From Caldimonas sp. (GTDB lineage: Bacteria > Pseudomonadota > Gammaproteobacteria > Burkholderiales > Burkholderiaceae_C): a stretch of 64,000 nucleotides of DNA. The notes under the pieces are model-generated. The model saw only the letters and a program-made list of their open reading frames with translations. It was not told the DNA's origin and searched no databases. Shown piece by piece: positions 19,797-30,629 of the stretch (position 1 is its first letter; every line of letters starts with the position of its first letter). A program made the position numbers and the translations under genes. Where the stretch lies: assembly GCA_035995885.1 (NCBI GenBank), contig DASYKC010000161.1, forward strand, positions 2,434-66,433, in the 5' to 3' direction.

Positions 19797-20312
19797 TCAA
19801 CGATCGAGCGTGCGCGGCTTGAACTTGCGGGCGTCGTCGAAGAGGAAGGTCTCGGTGAACTTCCACGGCCGGGGCAGGCGCGAGACGTCGCCGAAGGGCG
19901 CGGCGCGGCGCACCGCGTCGACGGCGATCTTCAGCGTGTCCTTGGCCTCGCGCGGCTCGCGCAGGATCTCGATGCGGCGAACGCTGCCGTCGCCGTTGAG
20001 CTCGACCTCGAGCACCGGGATCGCGAGCAGCTGGTCGGGAACGCGGCCCAGGTAGGTGATGTCGGGGTTGGCGGCGACCAGGCGCTCGGCCGCCTGCTGG
20101 CGCACCTCGAGCCAGTTGCGTCCGGGCTTCGGCACGCCGAGGGGGCGGCGCGCTTCCCCTGGCGGCGCGGCCGCGACAGCCGTGGCCGGCGCCGCAGAAG
20201 GCTTCGTCGATGGCGTCGTCGTCGCGCCGCGCCGGCTCGAATCGCCTTCGCCGGGCGCACGATCCGCGCTCGGACCCGTGCACGCGACGACGCCGATCGC
20301 GAGCGCTGCCAT
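19797..20312 (-). CDS. Putative lipoprotein with TonB-C-like C-terminal domain (start uncertain, 20312-20396)
   Basis: IGVVAC lipobox-like motif, Pro/Ala/Thr linker, VLEVELNGDGSV...AVDAVRRAAPF; similar to 46286-46741. Confidence 0.6.
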   Translation of the reverse strand: MAALAIGVVACTGPSADRAPGEGDSSRRGATTTPSTKPSAAPATAVAAAPPGEARRPLGVPKPGRNWLEVRQQAAERLVAANPDITYLGRVPDQLLAIPVLEVELNGDGSVRRIEILREPREAKDTLKIAVDAVRRAAPFGDVSRLPRPWKFTETFLFDDARKFKPRTLDR

Positions 20313-20358
20313 CGCGCGCTGCCAGGCGATGCCGCCGGGTCGCGAGCCTGGCTTGGAA

Positions 20359-22326
20359 TCAATGCAGGGCACGATAGATCTCCTCGGCGAGCTCATGCGA
20401 AATGCCTTCGACCGTCGTCAGGTCCTCGACGCTGGCCCGGCCGACGCCGCGCGCGCCGCCGAAGCGCTGCAGCAACCGGGCCCTCTTCTTCGGCCCGACG
20501 CCGGGGATGTCCTCGAGCGAGCTGGCACCGGTGCGGACGCTGGCGCGGCGCGCCCGCATGCCGGTGATCGCGAATCGATGCGCCTCGTCGCGGATCTGGG
20601 CAATCAGCATCAGCGCCGCCGACTCGCGGCCGAGGGCGATCTTCGGCCGGCCGTCGGCGAAGACGAGCTCCTCGAGGCCGACCTTCCTCGCTTCGCCCTT
20701 CTCGACGCCGACGATTCGCGACAGCTCGATGCCGAGCTCCTCGAACACCTCACGCGCGACCGAGACCTGGCCACGGCCGCCGTCGACGAGCACCAGATCG
20801 GGAAGCCGGCCGTTGCCCTGCGCCGCCGCCTCGACCAGCTTGGCATAGCGCCGCACGAGCACCTGGCGCATCGCGGCGTAGTCGTCGCCCGGCGTGATGC
20901 CGGCGATGTTGTAGCGCCGGTACTGCGAGCTCTGCATCTTGTGCGCCTCGAAGACGACGCACGACGCCTGCGTCGCCTCGCCCGCGGTGTGGCTGACATC
21001 CAGGCATTCGATCCGGAAGGCGTGCAGGTCCTCGACCGCGAGGTCGAGCGCATCGACGAGGGCGCGCGTGCGCGCCTGCTGCGAGCCTTCCTCGGCGAGC
21101 AACTGGGCCAGGCGCAGCGCCGCGCCGTTGATGCACATGTCGAGCCAGGCGCGGCGCGGCTCGCGCGGCTGATGCTGGACTGCGGCGCGGACGCCGCTGC
21201 GCGCCGCCAGCGTCTCGATCAGCGCCTTGTCGACCGGGTGGCTGACGATCAGCAGCGGCGGCATGCCGCCCTCGAGGTAGTGCTGGGCGATGAACGCCTC
21301 GAGGACGCGCACCTCGAGCGACTTCGGCGCGTCGACGAGCGCCTCCTCGCCCTCGCCGCCGGCATCGGCTTCGCTCTCGGCGGCGACGTCGATCGCGTTG
21401 TCGACGTGCTTCGGAAAGTACGGCCGGTCGCCGAGATGCCGGCCGCCGCGCACCATCGCCAGGTTGACGCAGGCGCGGCCGCCGTCGACCTTGACCGCGA
21501 GGACGTCGGTGTCGATCGCCCGGCCGCCGGTGTTGTCCTCGACCGCCTGCTGGTGCAGGACGCGCGAGAGCGAGCCGATCTGGTTGCGGATGTCGGCCGC
21601 CTGCTCGAACTGCAGCGCCTCCGCACGCGCCATCATCTGCCCCTGCAGCGAGTCCATCAGCTCCTGCTGCTCGCCGCGCAGGAAGCGCTCGGCGTTGGCG
21701 ACGTCGCGGGCGTAGTCCTCGGGCGATACGTAGCCGACGCACGGCGCCGAGCAGCGCTTGATCTGGTAGAGCAGGCACGGCCGCGTCCGATTCGCGAACA
21801 CGGTGTCCTCGCAGGTGCGGATGTGGAAGACCTTCTGGATCAGCTGGATCGAGTCCTTCACCGCCCACGCCGTCGGGAACGGGCCGAAGTAGCGGTGCTT
21901 CTGGTCGACCGCGCCGCGGTAGTAGGCGACGCGCGGAAAGCGGTGCGACTCGATCTTGAGGTACGGATAGCTCTTGTCGTCGACGAAGCGGATGTTGAAG
22001 CGTGGCGCGAGCGCCTTGATCAGGTTGTTCTCGAGCAGCAGCGCCTCGGCCTCGGAGCGGACGACCGTCGTCTCCATGCGGCAGATCCGCGCCACCATGT
22101 GGCCGGTCCAGATCGCGCCTTCGCTGCCGGCGTGGCGCTTGGTGAAGTAGCTCGAGACGCGCTTCTTCAGATCGCGCGCCTTGCCGACGTAGAGAACGTG
22201 GTCGGCGGCGTCGAAGAAGCGGTAGACGCCGGGCAGGTTCGGCAGCGCGGCGACCTCGGCGAGGAGCCGATCGCGCGCAGCGGCAGGGTCGCTGTCGCGC
22301 GGAAGATCGATCGTCGTCTCGCCCAT
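20359..22326 (-). CDS. uvrC: Excinuclease ABC subunit C
   Basis: [42 protein letters not shown], HhH GVGPKK. Confidence 0.96.
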   Translation of the reverse strand: MGETTIDLPRDSDPAAARDRLLAEVAALPNLPGVYRFFDAADHVLYVGKARDLKKRVSSYFTKRHAGSEGAIWTGHMVARICRMETTVVRSEAEALLLENNLIKALAPRFNIRFVDDKSYPYLKIESHRFPRVAYYRGAVDQKHRYFGPFPTAWAVKDSIQLIQKVFHIRTCEDTVFANRTRPCLLYQIKRCSAPCVGYVSPEDYARDVANAERFLRGEQQELMDSLQGQMMARAEALQFEQAADIRNQIGSLSRVLHQQAVEDNTGGRAIDTDVLAVKVDGGRACVNLAMVRGGRHLGDRPYFPKHVDNAIDVAAESEADAGGEGEEALVDAPKSLEVRVLEAFIAQHYLEGGMPPLLIVSHPVDKALIETLAARSGVRAAVQHQPREPRRAWLDMCINGAALRLAQLLAEEGSQQARTRALVDALDLAVEDLHAFRIECLDVSHTAGEATQASCVVFEAHKMQSSQYRRYNIAGITPGDDYAAMRQVLVRRYAKLVEAAAQGNGRLPDLVLVDGGRGQVSVAREVFEELGIELSRIVGVEKGEARKVGLEELVFADGRPKIALGRESAALMLIAQIRDEAHRFAITGMRARRASVRTGASSLEDIPGVGPKKRARLLQRFGGARGVGRASVEDLTTVEGISHELAEEIYRALH

Positions 22327-22435
22327 CGCCGACGATTGTGCCGCGCGGGTCCGTGCCTCGGCGTCGCGCGGCGGGCCGCACTCCCGGCGCCGAGGTCTCC
22401 GCGGCGCCGCGGCGTGCCGTCTCGATAATCGGCGC

Positions 22436-23497
22436 ATGCAGTGGGACCTCTACTGCCGCGTCGTCGACAACTTCGGCGACGTCGGTGTCGCCTGGCGCCT
22501 GGCCGCCGATCTCGCCGGCCGCGGCGAATCGGTCCGCCTCGCCGTCGACGATGCGAGCGCGCTCGCCTGGATGGCGCCCGAGGGCAGGAACGGCGTCGAA
22601 GTCGTCGGCTGGAACGACGGCGCGTCGCCGGCGCCCGACGTCGTCGTCGAGCTGTTCGGCGCCGGCCGGCCGACGGCCGCGTGGCCGAGCGGCACGCCAG
22701 CGCCGGTCTTCGTCAACGTCGAGCACCTGAGCGCGGAGCCGTACGTCGAGCGCTCGCACTGCCTGCCGTCGCCGACGCGACGTTCCGACGAGCCGCCGTC
22801 GACGACGTGGTTCTTCTTTCCCGGCTTCAGCGACGCGACCGGCGGCCTGTTGCGCGAGCCGGGGTTGCTCGATAGCCGCCGCGCGTTCGGGCGCGGCGAC
22901 GAGTGGCTGACATCGATCGGCGTCGCGACGCGCGCCGGTGAGCGGCGCGTCAGCCTCTTCAGCTATCGCAACGACGCCGTTGCCGAGCTGCTCGACACCC
23001 TCGCCGCGGCACCGACGCTGCTTCTGCTGCCGCCCGGCCCCGCCGCCGACCAGGTCATCGCCGAGCTGGGCGCTGCGCCGGGCCGCGGCGCCCTGCGCGC
23101 CGTGCGCCTGCCGCTGCTCGCCCAGGCCGACTTCGATCGCCTGCTCTGGTCGTGCCAGCTCAACTTCGTCCGCGGCGAGGACTCGTTCGTTCGCGCCTTC
23201 TGGGCCGCCGTGCCGTTCGTCTGGCAGCCCTACGTGCAGGACGACGGCGCCCACGCCGCCAAGCTCGCGGCCTTTCTCGACCGCTTCCTCGCCGACGCGC
23301 CGCCGGCCCTCGACGGCGCGCTGCGGCAGCTCTTCTGGCGCTGGAACGCCAGCGGCAGCGGCTCGCTCGCGCCGCTGCGGCCCGACCCTCCCCTCTTGGC
23401 CGCCTGGATGACGCAGTGCGCGCACTGGCGCGACGCCCTGGCGGCGCAGGACGATCTGGTCACCCGGCTGGTTCGCTTCGTCGAGTCGAAACGCTAG
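22436..23497 (+). CDS. earP: EF-P arginine rhamnosyltransferase EarP
   Basis: [58 protein letters not shown]; upstream of efp. Confidence 0.93.
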   Translation: MQWDLYCRVVDNFGDVGVAWRLAADLAGRGESVRLAVDDASALAWMAPEGRNGVEVVGWNDGASPAPDVVVELFGAGRPTAAWPSGTPAPVFVNVEHLSAEPYVERSHCLPSPTRRSDEPPSTTWFFFPGFSDATGGLLREPGLLDSRRAFGRGDEWLTSIGVATRAGERRVSLFSYRNDAVAELLDTLAAAPTLLLLPPGPAADQVIAELGAAPGRGALRAVRLPLLAQADFDRLLWSCQLNFVRGEDSFVRAFWAAVPFVWQPYVQDDGAHAAKLAAFLDRFLADAPPALDGALRQLFWRWNASGSGSLAPLRPDPPLLAAWMTQCAHWRDALAAQDDLVTRLVRFVESKR

Positions 23498-23573
23498 AAT
23501 TCGAGGCTTTGCGCGCCGCTGACGGCACCGTTGTCAGTCATCCCCGCGGCCGCGCTTCCCTTGGATCAACGCC

Positions 23574-24128
23574 ATGAAAATCGCCCAGGAAATCCGCGCC
23601 GGCAACGTCATCATGCACGGCAAGGACCCGATGGTCGTGCTCAAGACCGAATACAGCCGCGGTGGCCGCAACTCAGCCACCGTGCGCATGAAGCTGAAGA
23701 GCCTGCTCAGCAACTCGGGCACCGAGGTCGTCTTCAAGGCCGACGACAAGATGGACCAGATCATCCTCGACAAGAAGGAGTGCACCTACTCCTACTTCGC
23801 CGATCCGATGTACGCCTTCATGGACGCCGAGTACAACCAGTTCGAGGTCGAATCCGAGAACATGGGCGACGCGATCCAGTACCTCGAGGACGGCATGCCG
23901 GTCGAGGTCGTCTTCTACGACGGCAAGGCCATCTCGGTCGAGCTGCCGACCACCCTCGTTCGCGAGATCGCCGACACCGAGCCGGCCGTCAAGGGCGACA
24001 CCTCAGGCAAGGTCTTGAAGAACGCCAAGCTCGCCACCGGCCTCGAAATCTCGGTGCCGCTGTTCGTGCAGACCGGCGACAAGGTCGAGATCGACACGCG
24101 CACCCACGAGTACAAGAAGCGGGTCTAG
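23574..24128 (+). CDS. efp: Elongation factor P (Arg32 type)
   Basis: SRGGR32NSA loop; TEPAVKGDT; VPLFV. Confidence 0.97.
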   Translation: MKIAQEIRAGNVIMHGKDPMVVLKTEYSRGGRNSATVRMKLKSLLSNSGTEVVFKADDKMDQIILDKKECTYSYFADPMYAFMDAEYNQFEVESENMGDAIQYLEDGMPVEVVFYDGKAISVELPTTLVREIADTEPAVKGDTSGKVLKNAKLATGLEISVPLFVQTGDKVEIDTRTHEYKKRV

Positions 24129-24149
24129 GACGCTTCGCCGAAATCCAGC

Positions 24150-24177
24150 GGGCCCGCGCTGCGGGCCCTTTTGTTTT
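24150..24177 (+). terminator. Intrinsic terminator after efp
   Basis: GGGCCCGC-gct-GCGGGCCC followed by TTTTGTTTT. Confidence 0.8.
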
Positions 24178-24184
24178 GGTGGAC

Positions 24185-25153
24185 ATGGGCTTCGATTTCT
24201 CCCTGGTCAGCGCCCCGTTCCGAATGCAGCCGGGGCTGCGACGGGTCGCGCCCCGCGCTGCGCAGCTGACGCCGAGCGAGCCCGGCGGCCGTCACCTGCG
24301 CGAGAAGACCGCGGTGATCGGCAGCTTCGCCGCCCAGGCGCTTCCGCCGGTCGACGACGCCGACGAGGCCGCGATCCTGTGCGCCGTCGCCGACGAGGCC
24401 GAACGTTCCTGCCCGGGCACCTTCGTGGTGGAGAGGACCGCCGCCGGCGCGACCCGGATCGACGCGCCTCGCCTTGGCTGGGCCCTGGACGAGAGCGGTC
24501 GACTCGGTGGTGCGGGCGATCCGGCCCTCGGCGCCCTCCTCGCCGCGCTTCCTCTCGCGCTTCGGCCGCGTGCCCTCCTCTCGCTCGCCTTCGTCGATGA
24601 CTTCGCCGTCATCGACGGCGCCACCGCGACGATCCCGTGGCTCGCGGTCTGCCTGCCGTCGCGCTGGGCGCCCGAGAAGAAGATCGGCCGCCATTTCGCC
24701 GAAGTGCACGCGCCGGTCGCCGACAACGAGGTGCTGATCGCGGCGAGCGCATCGCTCGCGCGGCTCGTCACCGGCAGCGACCGCTGGGAGCGCTTCGTCT
24801 GGACGATCAGCGCCGATTCGCGCCTGGACCAGCATCCCGGGCGCGGCGGCGTCGAGTGGCCGGGCGCGGCCGAGGCCGACGCCGATGCACTCGTCGCTCG
24901 GGCGTCGCTTCGCTGGGAGCGCCAGACCTTCGTTCCGATCGCCGGCCGCAGCCAGGCGATCTTCACGATCCACGTCGACAGCGTTCCCCTCGCCGACGCG
25001 GTGACGAGCGCGGACGCGGCGCTGCGCCTGCACGACGCCATCGCCAGCATGTCGCCGGCGGTCCTCGCCTATCGCCGCCTCGACGACGCGCGCGATCGCC
25101 TGCTCGCCTGGCTGTCAGCGCGCGCGGCGGCGGCGGACGGTGCGCCGCCGTGA
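24185..25153 (+). CDS. DUF3445-family protein (heme-dependent N-demethylase alpha-like)
   Basis: VCLPSRWAPEKKIG..FAEVHAPV, WERFVWTI, RWERQTF, IFTIH. Confidence 0.7.
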   Translation: MGFDFSLVSAPFRMQPGLRRVAPRAAQLTPSEPGGRHLREKTAVIGSFAAQALPPVDDADEAAILCAVADEAERSCPGTFVVERTAAGATRIDAPRLGWALDESGRLGGAGDPALGALLAALPLALRPRALLSLAFVDDFAVIDGATATIPWLAVCLPSRWAPEKKIGRHFAEVHAPVADNEVLIAASASLARLVTGSDRWERFVWTISADSRLDQHPGRGGVEWPGAAEADADALVARASLRWERQTFVPIAGRSQAIFTIHVDSVPLADAVTSADAALRLHDAIASMSPAVLAYRRLDDARDRLLAWLSARAAAADGAPP

Positions 25154-27201
25154 AGACGGCGCCGATCGTGCCGGCGCGCATCGTCAGCGACGACGACGGC
25201 ACGCCACGGTCGGAAGCGTACGGCGACCTCTACCACCCGCGCGCCGGCGCGCTCGCGCAGGCGCGTCACGTCTTCCTCGACGGCGCCGCGCTCGCGGCGC
25301 GCTGGCGCGGCAAGGATCGCTTCGTCGTCCTCGAGACCGGCTTCGGCCTCGGCAACAACTTCCTCGCCACCTGGTCGGCGTGGCGCGAAGATCCTGCGCG
25401 CTGCCGCCGGCTCCACTTCATCTCGATCGAGCAGTCGCCGCCGACGCAGGAAGCCTTCGCTTCGCTGCAACGCGAAGGCGAGCTGGCGCCGCTCGCCGCC
25501 GAGCTGGCGCCGCACTGGCCGCCGTTCACCTGCAACCTGCACCGCATCGCCCTCGACGACGGCGGCGTCGAGCTGCTCCTCGCCTTCGGCGCCGCCGACG
25601 GCTGGCTGCCGCAGCTCGTCGCCGACGTCGATGCCTTCTTCCTCGACGGCTTCGCGCCGGCGCGCAACCCGGCGATGTGGGACGCGCGGCTCTTCAAGGC
25701 GATGGCGCGCCTGGCGGCGCCCGGCGCGACGGTCGCGACCTGGAGCGCGGCACGTGCCGTTCGCGACGGCCTGCGCAGCGCCGGCTTCGCGGTCGAGAAG
25801 GCTGCCGGCAGCGGCGGCAAGCGCGACATCACGCGTGGCCGCTTCGCGCCGCGCTTCGCGCCGCGGCCGTCACCGCGCCGCGGCCCTTCGCCGTCGGCGC
25901 TGATCGGTGCGGCGCAGGGATGCGCTCCGGTCGTCATCGTCGGCGCCGGTCTCGCCGGTTGCGCCTTGGCGCGCGCCCTCGCCGAGCGCGGCACGCGAAC
26001 CCTCGTTCTCGAACGCGGCAGGACGATCGCCGACGAGGGATCGGGCAACGCCGCCGGCCTCTTCCACGGCGTCGTCCATCGCGGCGATGGCTGGCATGCG
26101 CGCTTCCATCGCGCCGCCGCGCTCGTCGCCGGCGCCGCCATTCGAATCGCGATCGAGCGCGACGGCGTGCGCGGGAGCGTCGACGGCGTCCTTCGTCTCG
26201 AGACCGGCCTCGATCTCGCCGCCATGACGGCGCTCGTCGACGCCCAAGGGCTGCCTGCCGACTACGTCCGGGCGCTCGATGCCGACACGGCGAGCCGCCT
26301 GGCCGGCGTGCGCCTCGCATGGCCCGCATGGCACTACCCGGGCGCAGGCTGGGTCGAGCCACGCGGCCTCGCCCGCGCCTGGCTCGCCGCCGCCGGCGCG
26401 CGCGCCGAGCTGCGCCTGGGCTGCGCCGTCGCCTCGCTGCGCCGGGACGGCGACGTCTGGGAAATCTGCGACGCGAGCGGCGCGACGATCGTCCGCGCGC
26501 CGGTCGTCGCCCTCTGCAACGGCGACGGCGCGCTGACGGCAGCGGCCGCGACGCCGTGGCCGATCCGGCGCCAGCGTGGCCAGCTCAGCGCGCTGAAAGC
26601 GTCGACGCTGGCATCGGTCGCCTTGCCGCGCCTGCCGATCGCCGGCGCCGGCTACGTACTGCCGTCGCTCGACGACGCGATCTGGTTCGGCGCAACGTCG
26701 GCCTGGGACGACGACGATCACGCGCTGCGGGTCGAAGACCAGCAGCACAACCTCGACCGCCTGACGGCGCTGCTCGGCCTGCGATCGCCGCCGGCGCTGT
26801 CGACGCTCGGCGGACGAGTCGGATTCCGCTGGACCAGCGACGATCGCCTGCCGATCGTCGGCGCGGTCCCGGCGAGCATCGCCGAGGCGGCGGTGGCGGG
26901 ATTCGTCGGCACGCCGTCGGCGCGCTTCGATCAGCCGCGCTTCGTCGCGCGGGCGCCGGGGCTGTTCGTGTGCGCCGCGCTCGGCTCGCGCGGCATCGCG
27001 TCGGCGGCTTTCGGCGCGGAGCTGCTGGCGGCAGCGATCACCGGTGCGCCGCTGCCGGCCGAGGCCGATCTGCTCGACGCGGTCGACCCGGCGCGGTTCC
27101 TCAGTCGAGGTTTCCGTCGCGGCGAGGCGGCGCGTCAGCGCGGCCCGGAGGGACTGGGTCAGCCGCCGGTCGGGCCCATCGCCGGGTCGGCCGGCGCCTG
27201 A
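25150..27201 (+). CDS. mnmC: Bifunctional tRNA mnm5s2U34 methyltransferase/FAD oxidase MnmC
   Basis: YGDLYH, VLETGFGLGNNF, FFLDGFAPARNP, GKR; FAD motif IVGAGLAG, GSGN, LGSRG; GTGA overlap with upstream ORF. Confidence 0.93.
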   Translation: MKTAPIVPARIVSDDDGTPRSEAYGDLYHPRAGALAQARHVFLDGAALAARWRGKDRFVVLETGFGLGNNFLATWSAWREDPARCRRLHFISIEQSPPTQEAFASLQREGELAPLAAELAPHWPPFTCNLHRIALDDGGVELLLAFGAADGWLPQLVADVDAFFLDGFAPARNPAMWDARLFKAMARLAAPGATVATWSAARAVRDGLRSAGFAVEKAAGSGGKRDITRGRFAPRFAPRPSPRRGPSPSALIGAAQGCAPVVIVGAGLAGCALARALAERGTRTLVLERGRTIADEGSGNAAGLFHGVVHRGDGWHARFHRAAALVAGAAIRIAIERDGVRGSVDGVLRLETGLDLAAMTALVDAQGLPADYVRALDADTASRLAGVRLAWPAWHYPGAGWVEPRGLARAWLAAAGARAELRLGCAVASLRRDGDVWEICDASGATIVRAPVVALCNGDGALTAAAATPWPIRRQRGQLSALKASTLASVALPRLPIAGAGYVLPSLDDAIWFGATSAWDDDDHALRVEDQQHNLDRLTALLGLRSPPALSTLGGRVGFRWTSDDRLPIVGAVPASIAEAAVAGFVGTPSARFDQPRFVARAPGLFVCAALGSRGIASAAFGAELLAAAITGAPLPAEADLLDAVDPARFLSRGFRRGEAARQRGPEGLGQPPVGPIAGSAGA

Positions 27202-27350
27202 GCGGGCTCGGCGCCGGTCTCGGCCGCCGCGTCGCCGTCACCGGCGCTGCCGAGCTTGCGCCCGGCCTTGTCCTTTTCCTTCTGTTCCTTCTTCTTCTTC
27301 TTGGCGAGCTCGCGTTGTCGTTTTTCAAATGAATAGTTGGGTTTGGCCAC
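27159..27350 (-). CDS. Small basic protein (63 aa)
   Basis: GTG start; VAKPNYSFEKRQRELAKKKKKEQKEKDK; AGGAAG RBS-like sequence upstream. Confidence 0.6.
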   Translation of the reverse strand: MAKPNYSFEKRQRELAKKKKKEQKEKDKAGRKLGSAGDGDAAAETGAEPAQAPADPAMGPTGG

Positions 27351-27434
27351 GGGCCGTCCTTCCTGTGAGCTGCACGAGGCGTGCACGGGTGCGGAGGTTA
27401 CGCGTTTTTCGCGCCCCGACTTTTCGCGCTGGTG

Positions 27435-28100
27435 TCAGAACGTCAAGGTGCGCACGCCCTCGGCCGTGCCGAGCAGACAGACGGTCGCCGGCCGGCGCGC
27501 GAAGATGCCGACGCAGACGACGCCCGGCCACTGGTTGACCTCGCTCTCGAGCGCCACGGGGTCGTCGATCGCGAGGCCGTGGACGTCGAGGATGATGCCG
27601 CCGTTGTCGGTGACGACGCCCTCGCGACGATGCGCGCGCGCGCCGAGCGCCGCGAACCGGCGCGTCACCTGCGCCGCCGCCATCGGAATCACCTCGACCG
27701 GCAGCGGGAAGCGGCCGAGCCGGGCGACGAGCTTGGAGCCGTCGGCGATGCAGACGAAGCGCTCGGCCAGGTCGGCGACGATCTTCTCGCGCGTCAGGGC
27801 GGCGCCGCCGCCCTTGATCATGCAGCCCGACGCGTCGATCTCGTCGGCGCCGTCGACGCAGACCGGCAGCGACTCGACGTCGGCCGCCTCGACGACCGCG
27901 ATGCCGCGCTCGACCAGGCGTGCCGTGCTCGCCGCGCTGCTCGACACCGCGCCGGCGATGCGGCTGTCGCCTTCGAGCCGCGCCAGCGCATCGATGAAGA
28001 GATTGACCGTCGATCCCGAGCCGACGCCGATGACGGCGCCCTTCGGCACGTAGGCGAGCGCGGCCTCGGCGACCCGGCGCTTGAGCTCGTCCTGCGTCAT
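27435..28100 (-). CDS. rpiA: Ribose-5-phosphate isomerase A
   Basis: [39 protein letters not shown]. Confidence 0.96.
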   Translation of the reverse strand: MTQDELKRRVAEAALAYVPKGAVIGVGSGSTVNLFIDALARLEGDSRIAGAVSSSAASTARLVERGIAVVEAADVESLPVCVDGADEIDASGCMIKGGGAALTREKIVADLAERFVCIADGSKLVARLGRFPLPVEVIPMAAAQVTRRFAALGARAHRREGVVTDNGGIILDVHGLAIDDPVALESEVNQWPGVVCVGIFARRPATVCLLGTAEGVRTLTF

Positions 28101-29494
28101 CGCGGCAGCTTGCCGACCATCTGCTCGGGGACGACCCAGGCATCGAACTGCTCGGGCGTGACCCAGCCCGAGGCGAGCGCCGCTTCGCGCAAGGTGCTAC
28201 CGCCTTGATGCGCCGCCTTCGCGATCTTGGCCGCCTTGTCGTAGCCGATGTGCGGATTGAGCGCCGTCACGAGCATCAGCGAGCGCTGCACGAGCTCATC
28301 GATTCGCGCGCGGTCAGGCTCGATGCCGCGCGCGCAGAACTCCTCGAAGCTGCGCGCGCCGTCGGCGAGGAGGCGAACGCTCTGCAGGAAGTTGTGGACG
28401 ATCACCGGCTTGAAGACGTTGAGCTCGAAGTTGCCCGACGCGCCGCCGATGTTGATGGCGACGTCGTTGCCGAAGACCTGCGCCGCGATCATCGTCAGCG
28501 CCTCGGCCTGGGTCGGGTTGACCTTGCCCGGCATGATCGAGCTGCCCGGCTCGTTCTCGGGAATGCGGATCTCGCCGAGGCCCGAGCGCGGCCCCGAGGC
28601 GAGCCAGCGAACGTCGTTGGCGATCTTGTTGAGCGAGGCCGCCAGCGTCTTCAGGGCGCCGTGGGCGAAGACGATCGCGTCGTGCGCGGCCAGCGCCTCG
28701 AACTTGTTCGCTGCCGAGACGAACGGCAGCGCGAGGCGCGCCGCCAGCTCGGCGGCGACACGCGCGCCGAACTCGGGCGGCGCGTTCAGGCCGGTGCCGA
28801 CGGCGGTGCCGCCGAGGGCGAGCTCAGAGAGGTGCGGCAGCGCTTCGCGAACGTGCGCGATGCCGTGATCGAGCTGGGCGACCCAGCCCGAGATCTCCTG
28901 GCCGAGCGTCAGCGGCGTCGCGTCCTGGAGGTGGGTGCGGCCGATCTTGACGATCGCCGCGAACGCTTCGGCCTTCTTCGCGAGCGTGTCGCGCAAGGCC
29001 GCGACCGCGGGCAGCAGCCGCGTCGCGATCGCGACGACGGCGGCGACGCTCATCGCCGTCGGGAAGACGTCGTTCGACGACTGGCTGCGGTTGACGTCGT
29101 CGTTGGGATGGACGAGGCGGCCTTCGCCGACCGGCCCGCCGAGCAGCTGCGAAGCGCGGTTGGCGAGCACCTCGTTCATGTTCATGTTGGTCTGCGTTCC
29201 CGAGCCGGTCTGCCAGATCGAGAGCGGAAACTCGTCGCCGTGCGCGCCGGCGAGGACCTCGTCGGCGGCGGCAATGATCGCCGCGGCCTTCTCGGCCGGC
29301 AAGGTGCCGAGGTCCCGGTTGACGACGGCGGCGCTGCGCTTGACGCCGGCGAGCGCGCCGATCAGCTCGGCCGGCATCTTCTCGGTCGAGATGGCGAAGT
29401 GATGGAGCGACCGTTCGGTCTGCGCGCCCCACAGGCGGTCGGCGTCGACGGCGATGTCGCCGAAGGTGTCTTTCTCGATGCGCTGCTCGGCCAT
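28097..29494 (-). CDS. fumC: Class II fumarate hydratase
   Basis: [41 protein letters not shown] signature. Confidence 0.96.
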   Translation of the reverse strand: MAEQRIEKDTFGDIAVDADRLWGAQTERSLHHFAISTEKMPAELIGALAGVKRSAAVVNRDLGTLPAEKAAAIIAAADEVLAGAHGDEFPLSIWQTGSGTQTNMNMNEVLANRASQLLGGPVGEGRLVHPNDDVNRSQSSNDVFPTAMSVAAVVAIATRLLPAVAALRDTLAKKAEAFAAIVKIGRTHLQDATPLTLGQEISGWVAQLDHGIAHVREALPHLSELALGGTAVGTGLNAPPEFGARVAAELAARLALPFVSAANKFEALAAHDAIVFAHGALKTLAASLNKIANDVRWLASGPRSGLGEIRIPENEPGSSIMPGKVNPTQAEALTMIAAQVFGNDVAINIGGASGNFELNVFKPVIVHNFLQSVRLLADGARSFEEFCARGIEPDRARIDELVQRSLMLVTALNPHIGYDKAAKIAKAAHQGGSTLREAALASGWVTPEQFDAWVVPEQMVGKLPR

Positions 29495-29545
29495 GGCGGG
29501 TCCTGCCGCGAAGTATGCACGGCGATGCCAGAATCGGCGCCCGTC

Positions 29546-30583
29546 ATGGCGCTCATTCCCTTCCCGCTGGCCCGACCTTTTCTGTTCGGGCTCGATCCGG
29601 AACACGCCCATGACGTGACGCTGGCCGCGCTGGCGGCGATCCAGCGCACGCCGCTCATCGCGCTGGTCGAGCAGGTTCGGATCAGCGATCCGGTGACGAT
29701 CGCCGGGCTCAGCTTCCCGAACCGGATCGGCCTGGCCGCGGGCCTCGACAAGAACGGCCGCTGCATCGACGCCTTCGGCGCGATGGGCTTCGGCTTCGTC
29801 GAGGTCGGCACCGTCACGCCGCTGGCGCAGCCGGGCAATCCCAAGCCGCGCGTCTTCCGCCTGCCCGAGGCCGGGGCGCTGATCAACCGGCTCGGCTTCA
29901 ACAACGACGGCCTCGCCGCGTTCGTCGCCAACGTCAGGCAGGCGCGCTTTCGCGCCCGCGGCGGCATCCTCGGCCTCAACATCGGCAAGAACGCGGCGAC
30001 GCCGATCGAACGCGCCGCGGACGACTACCTCATCGGCCTCGCCGGCGTCTATCCGCATGCCGACTACGTGACGGTCAACGTCTCGAGCCCGAACACGCAG
30101 AACCTGCGCACGCTGCAATCCGACGCCGCCCTCGACGCCTTGCTCGCGACGCTGAGCGCGCGCCGCGCCGAGCTCGCCGACGAACACGGCAGGAAGGTGC
30201 CGATGTTCCTCAAGATCGCGCCCGACCTCGACGACGCGCAGGTCGAGGCGATCGCCGCGATCGTCTCGCGCCACCCGTTCGACGGCCTGATCGCGACCAA
30301 CACGACGCTCGCCCGCGACGGCGTCGCCGGCCTCGCCCACGGCAACGAAAGCGGCGGCCTGTCGGGAGCGCCGCTTGCTGCCCGGTCGAACCAGGTCATC
30401 GCCGGTCTGCGCGCCGCCCTCGGCCCGCGTTATCCCCTCATCGGCGTCGGCGGCGTGATGTCCGGCGCCGATGCGCGCGCGAAGCGCGAGGCCGGCGCCG
30501 ATCTGGTCCAGATCTACACCGGCTTCATCTACAAAGGGCCGGCACTGGTGACGGAGTCGGCGCGCGCGCTCGCGGGCGCATGA
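29546..30583 (+). CDS. pyrD: Quinone-dependent dihydroorotate dehydrogenase
   Basis: [45 protein letters not shown]. Confidence 0.96.
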   Translation: MALIPFPLARPFLFGLDPEHAHDVTLAALAAIQRTPLIALVEQVRISDPVTIAGLSFPNRIGLAAGLDKNGRCIDAFGAMGFGFVEVGTVTPLAQPGNPKPRVFRLPEAGALINRLGFNNDGLAAFVANVRQARFRARGGILGLNIGKNAATPIERAADDYLIGLAGVYPHADYVTVNVSSPNTQNLRTLQSDAALDALLATLSARRAELADEHGRKVPMFLKIAPDLDDAQVEAIAAIVSRHPFDGLIATNTTLARDGVAGLAHGNESGGLSGAPLAARSNQVIAGLRAALGPRYPLIGVGGVMSGADARAKREAGADLVQIYTGFIYKGPALVTESARALAGA

Positions 30584-30629
30584 ACGATTGCCGGCACACT
30601 CGTGCCACCAGGACTGCGGAGACAACGGT

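Noticed and set aside
22436-24128. earP-efp as a novel system
   Set aside because: This is the established EF-P Arg32 rhamnosylation pathway.
27288-27302. (CTT)n microsatellite as a phase-variation tract
   Set aside because: It is the AAG Lys run of the small basic protein, and triplet slippage would not shift frame.
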